Source: Nannocystales bacterium
Lineage (GTDB): Bacteria > Myxococcota_A > Polyangia > Nannocystales > Nannocystaceae
Length of the DNA stretch: 64,000 bases
Direction: 5' to 3'
NCBI GenBank assembly: GCA_050633305.1
Contig: JBOEGF010000018.1
Span: forward strand, 576,001 to 640,000
In this document: positions 28,113-38,035 of the stretch, one piece after another
Numbering within the stretch: the first letter of the stretch is position 1
Layout: each line of letters begins with the position of its first letter
Translations under genes and position numbers: made by a program
Notes under the pieces: model-generated
What the model was told of the DNA's origin: nothing
Databases searched by the model: none
What the model saw: only the letters and a program-made list of their open reading frames with translations

Positions 28113-29929
28113 GAGGGGTCCGTGGGCAGGTCCGTAGAGGTTGAACGATCGAGAACGGGGCGCAGCGCTTCGGTTCCGTAAAGATCTGCATAGCCCCGCC
28201 TGAGGCCGAAGCAGCGGGTTTGTAGCACACAAGATGCGCATCCTGCGGGCTTCACGAACTCCTCTGTGCTCAAACCGTGGACGGCGTCCGCCAACGGGAC
28301 GAAGCGACGCAGGTCGCCGGGGACCAGGCACAAGGGAAGTCCGCACATCGACTCGAACCCATCGACGGTCAATCCCGCATCTTCGCCCAGTCGCATGCCC
28401 TCGCCGACGAGCGGAAGCACCTCCTCGTAGCGGGGAATCAGCGCACGTGTGCGGGGGACGAGGTCCGTGGATGGAGCCACGAACGAGACATTGACCGCCG
28501 CCGAGGGCCACCGAGCGGCGACCATGCGAATGAACCCGGGGAACTGCCGGTAGTTGAGCTGGCACAACACGAAGTTCAGCCGGAGTTCGATCGGTGTCGC
28601 GGCAAGCGCATCGATCCCGGCGACCGTCGCCTCGAAGGTTCCCGGCGCCTCGGTCACCTTGTCGGAAGTCTCGGCGTCGGTGCCGTGCAATGAGATGAAG
28701 GCGCGGTCCACCCCGGCATCGGCCAGCTTCGCGGCCAGGTCGTCTTTCGCCAGCCGGGTTGCGTTGGTCTGAAGCTCGACCTCGGCGACCCCGCGTTGCT
28801 TTGCGTAGCGTACGTACTCCAACAGTCGGCGGTTGAGCGTGGGCTCGCCGCCGGAGAGCGCGAGACTGCCGCGCTCGGCGGCGATGGCATCGATCGCCTT
28901 GCGCACGTCTGCGTCTGCAGGGTCGGGGAGGTGAGTGCTGACGAAGCAGAACGTACAGCTCTGGTTGCAGCGGAAGTTCACGCGAACGATCGCCGCGGGC
29001 ACCGAGGACCCGTCGGGTCGTCGGTAGACTTCGCGAGTCACCAGCTCCCGCTGCGCCTGGGCTGCAGCGGTCCCGATGACGGTTAAGCGTCGCCTCAGCG
29101 TGGACGACGACAGTGGGCGTGCTCGATGCTGAAGTCCAATTGGGAGACCGGGGCAGCGTTCCCGCACAACGCATGTTTCGCACTCGGGTGCTTGTGCGAA
29201 CTTGCTGCGGGTGCCCGCACCTGGGTTCAGGGCGAACACATGGGCGACCCTCGAGGGATGCTCGAAGGCGCACGGAGGAACGAACGCTGCAGGGTCGAGG
29301 CTTGCCGGGAGTTCGACGCGACGCGCCGCGCGAACGAAGGCTTCAGCGATGGCCGTCGCTTCCGAGAGCTCGGCCAGTGCTTCGGTCCGTGGGGACGATG
29401 TGGGAACGCCGAACCAAAGAGTTCGCGGGGACAGGCCATGGTCAGCGAGCCGCTCGGGCAGCGCGGCCACGTCTTGGAGGTTGTCTGACACGACCGGTGT
29501 TGCCGTCTCGTAGTCCAGCGTCGAGCCCTCGAGCGCGAGAAGTGTCTCGAGGACCGCAGCGCCTGTGCCCGCCTGACCGGTGAACGCATCGAGGTCTGGG
29601 CCCCATGCTGGAAGATGAACGCGCACCACGTCGAGGCCTGCGTCCTGCAGCGCCCCGAGGTCGAGGTGAGCGCCGTGGGTCTCCAGGACCAACTCAGCGT
29701 CCGTCCGCGCCCGCGTCCACGCTACCAGGCGAACCAAGTCATCTCGCAGGGTTGGCTCGCCACCACTGAGCACGAGCGTGTGCGGCGAGGCCTCCATGGC
29801 CTTGAGCAAGGCTGCTCGAAGTGCGGGCCCCCCGGCGACCTCGGCCCTCTCTTGATCGCGACGCCCGTTGCAAAACCGGCAGCGCAGGTCACAGGTCTCG
29901 TTGGTCAGGACCCGAAGTGTGCGACTCAC
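28109..29929 (-). CDS. Tandem two-domain radical SAM protein
   Basis: CDLRCRFC...SGGEPTL...CETCVVRERCPG and CNQSCTFC...SGGEPTL...QTN...CASCVLQTRCFG; GTG start overlaps the upstream stop. Confidence 0.92.
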   Translation of the reverse strand: MSRTLRVLTNETCDLRCRFCNGRRDQERAEVAGGPALRAALLKAMEASPHTLVLSGGEPTLRDDLVRLVAWTRARTDAELVLETHGAHLDLGALQDAGLDVVRVHLPAWGPDLDAFTGQAGTGAAVLETLLALEGSTLDYETATPVVSDNLQDVAALPERLADHGLSPRTLWFGVPTSSPRTEALAELSEATAIAEAFVRAARRVELPASLDPAAFVPPCAFEHPSRVAHVFALNPGAGTRSKFAQAPECETCVVRERCPGLPIGLQHRARPLSSSTLRRRLTVIGTAAAQAQRELVTREVYRRPDGSSVPAAIVRVNFRCNQSCTFCFVSTHLPDPADADVRKAIDAIAAERGSLALSGGEPTLNRRLLEYVRYAKQRGVAEVELQTNATRLAKDDLAAKLADAGVDRAFISLHGTDAETSDKVTEAPGTFEATVAGIDALAATPIELRLNFVLCQLNYRQFPGFIRMVAARWPSAAVNVSFVAPSTDLVPRTRALIPRYEEVLPLVGEGMRLGEDAGLTVDGFESMCGLPLCLVPGDLRRFVPLADAVHGLSTEEFVKPAGCASCVLQTRCFGLRRGYADLYGTEALRPVLDRSTSTDLPTDPS

Positions 29930-30813
29930 AGGAGGTCCTCCACACGCGCAGGAGCGCCGGATGCCCATGCACGGGCCTGAGCTGCGAAGAGGGTGCACCA
30001 GGTGTTCCGGTCCGCCGAGTCTGGTTCGTAACGAACGGCCCCCTGCTCGTCGGTCAGCGAGTCCAAGAATGCGAGACCTCGGTCGATCGACCCGCGGTGT
30101 CCCTCCGGGTCATGGAGGACCCAAAGTCGAATCGCCTGCGCTGTCCCATCGGCACGGCTAGGGCCCCCGTCGCTCCAGGCCGGGATGCCGCCGTCCTCCC
30201 GTTGAACGCGACATAGGAACTCGATTGCTCCATCGATGTCGACCGGGGCTGGGACGTCCAAGGCGCGGAGGGCGAGCAGTCCTTCACAGGCGTAGGCGTG
30301 TGCGTGGACATAGGTTGGTTCGTGGGGGGGCGTCCGCAGGCGGCCGGTTGCATCTTGTTGGACTCGTACGTCTGCCAGTCGGTCCAGGGTTGGCGTGCTC
30401 CAGCCGCGCTGGGCCCGTGCGGCGCACCCCACGGCCAGCTTCAGCATGTGGGGTCCCGCGACCGAGCTCCAGCGGGGGGGCGCGGCAGGGTGGACAACTG
30501 GGGTGGTGGTCAGGCGCCGACGCGCTTCGGTCCATCGCGGGTCTTCGTGTTCGTCGAGCGTCTCCAGTCCAGCCAGGGCGACTGCGGTGTCGAATGCGTA
30601 GACGAGTCCGTCTCGGCCAACCCGCCCTTCGTCGACCTGTATGGCGAGTCGCGTCGTGACGTCTCGGGGCGCGGGGATGCCTTGAAGCGCGAACCATCGA
30701 AGCAGGAGTCCGGCCGCCTCGGGATACGCGTACCCGCGGTGATCCGGGTTGACCCACGACAGGACGGCGTCGCCGTGCACGGCATGCTCCGATAGCCAGG
30801 CCTCGGGGTTCAC
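29926..30813 (-). CDS. (alpha/alpha)-toroid protein (prenyltransferase/squalene-cyclase repeat-like)
   Basis: GYAYPEAAG, YAFDTA, HAHAYACEGL, FLCRVQREDGG (QW-like repeat), WCTLFAAQA; coupled by GTGA overlaps on both sides. Confidence 0.7.
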   Translation of the reverse strand: MNPEAWLSEHAVHGDAVLSWVNPDHRGYAYPEAAGLLLRWFALQGIPAPRDVTTRLAIQVDEGRVGRDGLVYAFDTAVALAGLETLDEHEDPRWTEARRRLTTTPVVHPAAPPRWSSVAGPHMLKLAVGCAARAQRGWSTPTLDRLADVRVQQDATGRLRTPPHEPTYVHAHAYACEGLLALRALDVPAPVDIDGAIEFLCRVQREDGGIPAWSDGGPSRADGTAQAIRLWVLHDPEGHRGSIDRGLAFLDSLTDEQGAVRYEPDSADRNTWCTLFAAQARAWASGAPARVEDLL

Positions 30814-31883
30814 GGCGTCCCCCTGGCACGTACCCGCTGCAGCAGTCGGCGGGCGGTGACGGTGGCGGTCCGCAGGGGAGCGCCGGCAAGAGCCGGGTAG
30901 GCCTCGCATGCGCTGAAGCAGCCGCCGCACGACAACGACTCGATATCGCGCCGCGCCTGCTTCACATCGTCCCCGTGCCACAGCGATTCGAAGGCCTGCT
31001 CGCGAAGGTTTCCCAACGGACGGTCGTAGAGGTGGCACGGGTACAGGTCGCCCTCGGGGGCGATGAACGCCGCACTGCGCAGGGCTTGGCAAGGCACGCC
31101 CGATGGCTCCCCGGCCGCAACGGCATCGAGGTTGACCAGGTACACGGACTCCATCAACTCCACGAGCGTCCGCGGGAGGCCGCGGCGAGCCATGTGACGC
31201 TGGAGGAGGTCCCCCGGTGGCACAGCCTGGGGACCGATGTCTTCGTTGCCGAAGAAGTGCGCGGAGGTCTGTAGCCAGTTCCAGTGCCAGCGCCGGAGGT
31301 CGAACCCTTCGGCGCGCAGCATCGCCTCTGTCCTCGGCAGCGCATCAACCGTTTGGCTGGAGACCGTGGTGCCCACGTGCACCTCCACCCCACGTAACGC
31401 CTGCAGACGCCGCAGTGTTTCCAACGCACGTTCTGCGGAGCCGGACCGTCCGCGTACCTCGTCGTGCACGTCGGGCGGTCCGTCGAGGCTGACCGTCACG
31501 ATCAGCTCGATGTCCTCGCGCGCCGCCCGAACGGCGGCCGTCACGGCTTCGACGCGCTCCGTCATCCATCCGTTGGTTTGGTAGTGCAGCACCGTGAGGG
31601 CATTGGGGATCGTGGCCGCAGCCCGCAGCACCCGCTCGATGTCCGGGCGGACAAAGGGCTCGCCCCCGGTGACATCGAGCCAGGTCAGTCGTCCCAACTG
31701 ACCGAAGATGGTCTCGATCTCCTCCGCCGTGAGCGCGCCTGTGCCCGGGTGTTCCCAAGTCCGGCACATCGAGCACCGCAGGTTGCACCGCCGCGTGACG
31801 TCGAACACCACCCGGGTCGGGGTCGGCGGTCGATGCACCCATGTCTCCGCGAGACGGGCGATCATCTCCAAACGACGCGGCAC
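30810..31883 (-). CDS. Radical SAM protein with SPASM/twitch domain
   Basis: CNLRCSMC, TGGEPF, TNG, SLDG; C...FIAPEGDLYPC...LGNL...CGGCFSAC. Confidence 0.92.
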   Translation of the reverse strand: MPRRLEMIARLAETWVHRPPTPTRVVFDVTRRCNLRCSMCRTWEHPGTGALTAEEIETIFGQLGRLTWLDVTGGEPFVRPDIERVLRAAATIPNALTVLHYQTNGWMTERVEAVTAAVRAAREDIELIVTVSLDGPPDVHDEVRGRSGSAERALETLRRLQALRGVEVHVGTTVSSQTVDALPRTEAMLRAEGFDLRRWHWNWLQTSAHFFGNEDIGPQAVPPGDLLQRHMARRGLPRTLVELMESVYLVNLDAVAAGEPSGVPCQALRSAAFIAPEGDLYPCHLYDRPLGNLREQAFESLWHGDDVKQARRDIESLSCGGCFSACEAYPALAGAPLRTATVTARRLLQRVRARGTP

Positions 31884-31968
31884 CCGGTGAGCATGCCACG
31901 GACCCAGTGCGGCGAGGCCGTCTCGACGATCTTGCTACAATGCGGGGGCGAATGGATGTTGCGCCCCA

Positions 31969-33246
31969 ATGCTGAGACGCCACGCCAAGCAGGTGGTGCT
32001 CTCCTTCACGAGCCTGGTCCTTGCTGCGAGTTGTTCGGATGCGGACTTGGAGGGCTCTGGCGGACCAACTGAGGATGTCGAGGACGAAGCCGCCTCCGAC
32101 ACCGAATCCGATGCCGGGCCGTCGGACGAAGCCTGCGTTGGTGCAGGCGGCGATTTCGGGATCCTGGCGACGCACTCGCTGAGCGGAGAGCTTTCGGGGG
32201 CGGAGGGACGATTGTCTGCTCCCGGTCTGATCCTTGGGCCGGACGGACTGTGGGCGAGCTTGGTGGCGGCCGAGGGAACCGACGCTTCCGGTCCGGTCGG
32301 CGTCGAGATGCTGCTGGCCCACGACGGAGCGGTGCTTCAACCTACGGACCTCGTGGACGGTCGTTGGGCTGGGGGGATGTGGTGGCCCGGCGTGACTGGA
32401 GCTGTGGTGAGTCAGTGCGAGGACCGCGTTCCGGGCTGGACGTTTGTGGGTCCGCTCGGTGTACCGCTGTCGCCGCGCGATGATCCTGGCGAAGCGTCGG
32501 CCTGCGGACAGCCACCAAGCGCGGCGTGGGTCTCGGAGTCCAGCGCCTTGCTGGCCTGGCTGGATACCGACGTTCGCTGTGAAACGGGCCCGAGCTGTGT
32601 CCGGGTCACCCGAGCAAACTCGCAGGGGCACGGACCCATCTACGACTTGTTCGATGGGGGCGACTCTGGGCCGGGAAACTCGGTCTCGGTGGCGGCGGGA
32701 GCCGAGTCTGCGATGGTCGCGATGCTTCGTCTCGAGGAACAGGTCGAACTCGTGACCCAGCCGTTGGACCTCGAAGGAAACCCGACCGCTGCTCCGACCG
32801 TGGCGGTGCTCCCGCCTTCGCCGGAGCCCGGAGAATCCGCGGTGTTCCTCGAGGCGCGGGTTGTCGCGGAGCAGGACGGGAGCTTCCACGTCTACGTCGG
32901 CGGGTGGGGGTTCTCGATGGGTCGTATGCATGTTGCTGCCGACGGCGAGCCCCTCGAGCCGGTCACGGCGCTGCCTCCCGTCGTCGGTCTCAACGTGTGG
33001 GGCGTCTACAACAGCGAACTCCGCGGGGTGTACCCTCGTCCCGGTGGGTGGGTTGCTGTCGGACAAGCGGTCATGGGCGGGCAGGTCCTCACCTTGCTCT
33101 GTGCGCTCAGCTACGAAGGCGAGCTGGTCGGACATGTCGTTCTCCCCCGCTACGACGTCGCGGTCGTCGCCGACGCGGAGCGGTTGTGGGCGCTGGGGGT
33201 GAGTGGCGGGGTTGACCTCTACGAGCTTGGCTGTGTCCCGCCTTGA
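31969..33246 (+). CDS. Hypothetical lipoprotein
   Basis: LAASC lipobox, acidic linker, beta-rich body. Confidence 0.7.
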   Translation: MLRRHAKQVVLSFTSLVLAASCSDADLEGSGGPTEDVEDEAASDTESDAGPSDEACVGAGGDFGILATHSLSGELSGAEGRLSAPGLILGPDGLWASLVAAEGTDASGPVGVEMLLAHDGAVLQPTDLVDGRWAGGMWWPGVTGAVVSQCEDRVPGWTFVGPLGVPLSPRDDPGEASACGQPPSAAWVSESSALLAWLDTDVRCETGPSCVRVTRANSQGHGPIYDLFDGGDSGPGNSVSVAAGAESAMVAMLRLEEQVELVTQPLDLEGNPTAAPTVAVLPPSPEPGESAVFLEARVVAEQDGSFHVYVGGWGFSMGRMHVAADGEPLEPVTALPPVVGLNVWGVYNSELRGVYPRPGGWVAVGQAVMGGQVLTLLCALSYEGELVGHVVLPRYDVAVVADAERLWALGVSGGVDLYELGCVPP

Positions 33247-33253
33247 ACCGATG

Positions 33254-34492
33254 TCAGGGGGTCGCCAGCAGCTGGTGGATGCCGTCTAAACCGCCCACCA
33301 CAAGGTCCTGGTTCCCGTCGCGGTCGACATCGAAGAGGACGACCGAGCCGACACCGTGGGGGTAGGAGATGGAGCGTCGCTCGAACACGCCGGGGTGCGT
33401 TTGAGCGAGCACGACGATGTGGTCGAAGTCCGGGGGCTCGTTCTCCGCTGGAGGCGACGTGACGTCGCGCGTGAGCATGTCTAGTCGACCGTCTCCGTCG
33501 ATGTCACCGACGCTGAGCGTCAGCGGTGGCCACCCAAGCTGGAGCGAGTCGGAGATCGTGACCCCGCTTGTGGGGTCGTACCGGGCAATCAGAAGCTCGG
33601 CGCTTGGGGTGCTGAGCAGCAGTTCGTCCCGCGAGTCGCCGTCGAGGTCTGTGACCGCAAGAAGTGTGGTGTCCACAGGGATCGTGAGTGTGGCGCTCAC
33701 CTCGTACCCGATCCCTGTCTCGTCCAAGCGAAGCACGGCGAGGTTGCCGTCGACCGGCGCGGCGAGCTCGGGGACCGCGTCCCCGTCCAAGTCGCCGGAG
33801 AGCAAGGAGTCCGTCGGGAACACTGGAAGCGGGGCCGCTCCGACCACTCCGGAGGGATAGACCAACCAGCTATCCCAGCGGTCTCGGGCATGGTTCGGGC
33901 TGAATATGCGACCGGGGAGATCTCCATGAGAGGGCACTCCGTCGACCTGAGATGAGCCGCCGGAGACCGCGGCGATCGGCACCAGTGCGTCCTCCTCAAA
34001 GGACAGAACTTGGCAGACGCCAATACTGTAGGCGCTGCAGTACAAAAACTCGTCAAAACCGTCGCCGTCGATGTCGAGAACTTCACCCTCGACTCGCTCT
34101 GTGGTTGAGCCGAACCACTGCTCACGGAGGGAGTCCGTGCCGTCGCGAAACAAGACCCGGACATGCACTTCGCGATTGTCGACGAGCAAGGCATCGCCCT
34201 CGGACAGATGTACGGGCTCGAGCCGGCCTGAGCGTTCGGCGACCAGAGTCCGGGCCCCAAAGCAGAGTTTGCCCGGCGCCGTCACTCCCGTCCCGCAGGG
34301 GGCGCAGACGCCTTCATCGCAGAATAGGCCGTTCGTGCAGCCCAAGGTCGCTTCACAGGGCGCGCCCGCTTCCTGGGTCGGGCCGAGACCGGTTCCCTCG
34401 GCGCCCTCAGGCGATGACTCCTCCGCACAGCCCAATGTAGCGAGCAATCCCAACAGCACCAGGGGGCGGCGCCGGATTCGAAGTCTAAGCAC
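33254..34492 (-). CDS. FG-GAP/VCBS repeat lipoprotein
   Basis: TLGC lipobox; DIDGDGFDE, GDLDGDAVPE, DLDGDSRDE, GDIDGDGRLD, DVDRDGNQD repeats. Confidence 0.85.
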   Translation of the reverse strand: MLRLRIRRRPLVLLGLLATLGCAEESSPEGAEGTGLGPTQEAGAPCEATLGCTNGLFCDEGVCAPCGTGVTAPGKLCFGARTLVAERSGRLEPVHLSEGDALLVDNREVHVRVLFRDGTDSLREQWFGSTTERVEGEVLDIDGDGFDEFLYCSAYSIGVCQVLSFEEDALVPIAAVSGGSSQVDGVPSHGDLPGRIFSPNHARDRWDSWLVYPSGVVGAAPLPVFPTDSLLSGDLDGDAVPELAAPVDGNLAVLRLDETGIGYEVSATLTIPVDTTLLAVTDLDGDSRDELLLSTPSAELLIARYDPTSGVTISDSLQLGWPPLTLSVGDIDGDGRLDMLTRDVTSPPAENEPPDFDHIVVLAQTHPGVFERRSISYPHGVGSVVLFDVDRDGNQDLVVGGLDGIHQLLATP

Positions 34493-34513
34493 GTGCCATC
34501 ATTGTATCAGCCC

Positions 34514-35404
34514 ATGCCCGTGCGCCTCGAACTTGTGGTCTCGACCATCTTTGCCCTGGGTTGCAATCCGGGCCGCTCGGGTCAATCCAACAGCGGCGGC
34601 ATGGGCGACAGTGGGTCGATGGAATCGATGGCTGCTACCGGTTTGGTGGGAGCGACGGAGGGTTCAGGCATGGTCCCAGAGGCGTCCACGCAGGGGGCAT
34701 CCGAGGAGACGGGCGGCGAGTCATCCGTCTGCACCGAGGTCCACATTGGCGACCTCGTCCTCAGTACACAAGATGACGTCGAGGCTTCGGCTCGATTGCG
34801 TGAGGTTCAGGGCTCGCTCACGATCTCGGGAAACGTGGCGAGCCTGGCGGCGCTCGGTTGCCTCGAGACAATCGCGGGCGGGCTGACTGTCGATGAGACC
34901 CGTGGCCTCCGGAACCTCGAGGGGTTGGGGCAGCTCGCGGATGTTGGCGGTTGGCTCACCGCCACAAGCAACCCCGACCTCGAGAGCCTCGAAGGCCTCT
35001 CTTCGCTCCGTTTCGTGTCCTGGATCTACCTCGGGCGAAACGGTCTGACCCACCTTGGTCTCTCAGACTTGCAAGCTGCTGAGGGGATCGTGGTGGGGGG
35101 ATGCAGTCTGGATGGGGCTCGGGACTCGGGGGAGCCGCTGCTCGTCGACTTTGATGGGCTCGACGCTCTCCTCGCGCTGGGTGTCGTCGCGATCTACGAA
35201 TCGCCGATGCTCATGCGGCTGAGTGGACTCGAAGCCTTCGCCCAGCGGGGCGGACAGATCCTCTCACTGTCGTTGTGGTTCAACGAACAGTTCGATCTTG
35301 GGTCTGTGACGGACGCTACGGACCTCTTCGAGGGCACCCATATCGATGCGTGTGGAAACGAAGGTCAGAGCACGGAGCGGTGTTTCTGTCCTCCACCGCC
35401 ATAG
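34514..35404 (+). CDS. Receptor L-domain/leucine-rich repeat lipoprotein
   Basis: ALGC lipobox; LREVQGSLTI, LRNLEGLGQL, LESLEGLSSL repeats. Confidence 0.8.
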   Translation: MPVRLELVVSTIFALGCNPGRSGQSNSGGMGDSGSMESMAATGLVGATEGSGMVPEASTQGASEETGGESSVCTEVHIGDLVLSTQDDVEASARLREVQGSLTISGNVASLAALGCLETIAGGLTVDETRGLRNLEGLGQLADVGGWLTATSNPDLESLEGLSSLRFVSWIYLGRNGLTHLGLSDLQAAEGIVVGGCSLDGARDSGEPLLVDFDGLDALLALGVVAIYESPMLMRLSGLEAFAQRGGQILSLSLWFNEQFDLGSVTDATDLFEGTHIDACGNEGQSTERCFCPPPP

Positions 35405-35474
35405 TCGGGACCCGGACTCACGGGATGGCAAGCTCCAGCCGTCACGCCGTAGAGTCTGCTAGGGTCTGCGACTG

Positions 35475-36443
35475 GTGAGGGGCTCTTCGTTCAGCGGCCG
35501 CCGCGTTCTCGTGACGGGCGCGGATGGCTTCATGGGTTCGCATCTCACCGAGCGTCTGCTCGGACTGGGTGCGGAGGTGAGCGTCCTCGTTCGTCCGCGC
35601 TCGGTCACGGGGACGGTCGGCGCGGAGTTCCGCAACTTGGGCCCGGTGGCGGGCAAGCTTCATCGGGTGGTCGCGACGGACGTTGCGGGGCCCGATGCAG
35701 AGGCCGCGATCGCGGACCTTTGCCCATCGGTGATCTTCCATCTCGCCGCCGATGCCTACGTCGAGCGTTCGTTCTCACACCCTCGGGAGGTCTTGCGAAC
35801 CAACATGGACGGCACGATGACGGTGCTGGAAGCTGCGCGTCGCAACCCGGGCATCGAGCGTGTGGTCGTGACGAGTAGCTCGGAGGTCTATGGACCGGCG
35901 CAAGACGAGCGGATGGCGGAGGACCACCCGCTGCAGCCCACGTCGCCGTATGCGGCGTCGAAGGTCGCCGCGGACCGGATGGCGATCGCGTACCACCGGA
36001 CGTACGGGACCCCGGTGGCGATCATCCGGCCGTTCAACACCTACGGACCCCGCCATGTCTACGACGTGATCCCCAAGTTCATCGCCCGCGCGCTGGCGGG
36101 GCAGCCGCTGCTGGTGTTCGGCGACGGTCTCCAGAGTCGTGACTTCACCTATGTGGACGACATGGTTGCGGCGTTCTTGTGCATGGGCGCGCACCCGGAT
36201 GCGTTGGGTCAGGTTGTGCACTTTGGCTCCGGCCAGGCGACCAGCATCGCGGCTCTCGCCAAGGCCGTGGCGGCTGCGGTCGGGGGGGACGTCCGCATCG
36301 AGTCCGCCCCGGCCCGAGCCGCGGAGGTCGCACGCCTGTGCTGTGACGCGACGCGGGCCGAGTCGTTGCTCGGTTGGACACCCCGGGTTGCCTTGAGCGA
36401 GGGTTTGGCTCGCAACGTTGCATGGATGCGCGAGCGAGCCTGA
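35475..36443 (+). CDS. NAD-dependent nucleotide-sugar epimerase/4,6-dehydratase
   Basis: VTGADGFMGSHL, HLAA, SSSEVYG, PYAASK, RPFNTYGPR, RDFTYV. Confidence 0.93.
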   Translation: MRGSSFSGRRVLVTGADGFMGSHLTERLLGLGAEVSVLVRPRSVTGTVGAEFRNLGPVAGKLHRVVATDVAGPDAEAAIADLCPSVIFHLAADAYVERSFSHPREVLRTNMDGTMTVLEAARRNPGIERVVVTSSSEVYGPAQDERMAEDHPLQPTSPYAASKVAADRMAIAYHRTYGTPVAIIRPFNTYGPRHVYDVIPKFIARALAGQPLLVFGDGLQSRDFTYVDDMVAAFLCMGAHPDALGQVVHFGSGQATSIAALAKAVAAAVGGDVRIESAPARAAEVARLCCDATRAESLLGWTPRVALSEGLARNVAWMRERA

Positions 36444-38035
36444 CGCGCGGCCCTCTAGGGCTGGTCCTCCTGCTGGCGGGGTTCTGCGCCTTGGCAGGGC
36501 TGGGGTTGAAGGACGGCCGGTACCTGCACGACGAGGGGCTGCTGACCCACCTGTTTGCGCTTGTCACGTCGCGTGACCCCGCGGCGGGGTTCTTCCTGCA
36601 GAAGAGCCGGCCGCCCATCAGCGCTCTGTACGCACCGTTGTCCGGGTCTCTCGAACTGTTCTTCTGGGCCCACATTCTCGTCGGTGCGCTTGGCATCGCC
36701 GCGCTGTGGGGCGCTGCGCGGGCGCTGGGCCATCGCGTCCCTCTACTCGCCCCAGGCGTCCTGGCTCTCTCGCCGCTGTTCATCGGCGGATCGGTGGCGG
36801 GTCTCTCCAACGCCGATGTGGTGACCGGCCTGTGCGTCGTCGCTTGGCTGCATGCCAGCGATCGGCGGGGCGCCGCGGCGGTGGTGCTCGGAGTGTTGCC
36901 GTGGATTCGCGCGGAGGTGGCGGTGCTTGCGATGTTGTTCGCCATCTCCGCGGTCCGTCGCGCCGCATGGAAGGAACTCGGCGCCCTCGCTGCGTTTGGC
37001 GCAGTCTACGGGCTCGCGGGCATCAGCTATCACCGCGACCCCGTATGGTTCCTGCACTTCCCGCCCGCGCTTCCCGAGCCGATGCCGAACAATCCGTACT
37101 GGGCGGATCACGCCGGGGCTGCAAGCCTGGCCACGCTTGTCGGCGCCGCGGTGGCGCTCACTCCCGTTTCGCCGGCGCTTGCGCTGGTCCGCTGGAAGAG
37201 CCTACGTAGCACCGAACGACTGGGCCTGTGGTTCTGCCTGACGTTCGTCGGGGCGTTGGTCGTGCTTCCAGTGTGGCAGGTCTTCAACTTCGACACCTCG
37301 CCGCGTTACCTGCTTCCGGTGGTGCCCTTCGTCGGCCTGGCGATTGGCCGAGCTGCAGGGGGATGGATCGATGAACTGGATGAGCCGGGCCGCTTCGCGC
37401 TGCCGCTGCTGTGCCTCATGGCGTTGTTGGCCTACGCGGGAGCCGCATCGGCTTCGCATCCCACGGGACTGATCGCCGTGTGCGTTGTTGCGGTGGCACT
37501 CACAGCGCACCGCGCTGCCGCGGCGGGGCTTGCCGGGACCACGCTCGGGGTGCTGGCACTGTGTGGGCCGTGGTTTTTCGCGGACGGGGGCCAACTCGAC
37601 AGTCGAGCGACGGTGCCCCACTTGGCGCCCATGATCGACCGCCTGGGTGAAGTCGTGGGCGAGCAGCCGAAGGTGGTCTACACGAACGAGCCGCTGCTGG
37701 CTTCGAGCTTGGCACGCTCCGGGCGGTTGCCGAACGTGACGGTGTTCTACATCGTGCAAGAGGACCAACGCTTCGAACTCGAGCGGCTGGCGAACCCTGC
37801 GGTTGGGCAGCGAGAGGCGCTGTGGGAGGCGATGACGCCCAACGCATACGGACGGCCGGTGCGTCCTGACGCGTTGCGCCCAGATACCGTGCCCGTGGGA
37901 GCCATCTTCGCGTTGACCAAGGACAGCCGCCTGCCCTTGGTCATGCCGCCGGAGCGATGGAAGGGTCTGTTGCGTGTCGTGGCGCCGGGCTACGACATGA
38001 CGATCGAAGAGCGCGTCGAGCGGGGGACTCCATGA
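36422..38035 (+). CDS. Multi-pass membrane protein, GT-C-like
   Basis: LHDEG acidic motif after the first TM helix, RAE, PRYLLP; many TM segments and a soluble C-terminus. Confidence 0.7.
   Translation: MDARASLTRGPLGLVLLLAGFCALAGLGLKDGRYLHDEGLLTHLFALVTSRDPAAGFFLQKSRPPISALYAPLSGSLELFFWAHILVGALGIAALWGAARALGHRVPLLAPGVLALSPLFIGGSVAGLSNADVVTGLCVVAWLHASDRRGAAAVVLGVLPWIRAEVAVLAMLFAISAVRRAAWKELGALAAFGAVYGLAGISYHRDPVWFLHFPPALPEPMPNNPYWADHAGAASLATLVGAAVALTPVSPALALVRWKSLRSTERLGLWFCLTFVGALVVLPVWQVFNFDTSPRYLLPVVPFVGLAIGRAAGGWIDELDEPGRFALPLLCLMALLAYAGAASASHPTGLIAVCVVAVALTAHRAAAAGLAGTTLGVLALCGPWFFADGGQLDSRATVPHLAPMIDRLGEVVGEQPKVVYTNEPLLASSLARSGRLPNVTVFYIVQEDQRFELERLANPAVGQREALWEAMTPNAYGRPVRPDALRPDTVPVGAIFALTKDSRLPLVMPPERWKGLLRVVAPGYDMTIEERVERGTP

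Noticed and set aside
27186..29273. 695-aa ORF read as one protein
   Set aside because: The first 387 codons overlap the radical SAM gene out of frame; the real lipoprotein starts at 28112.
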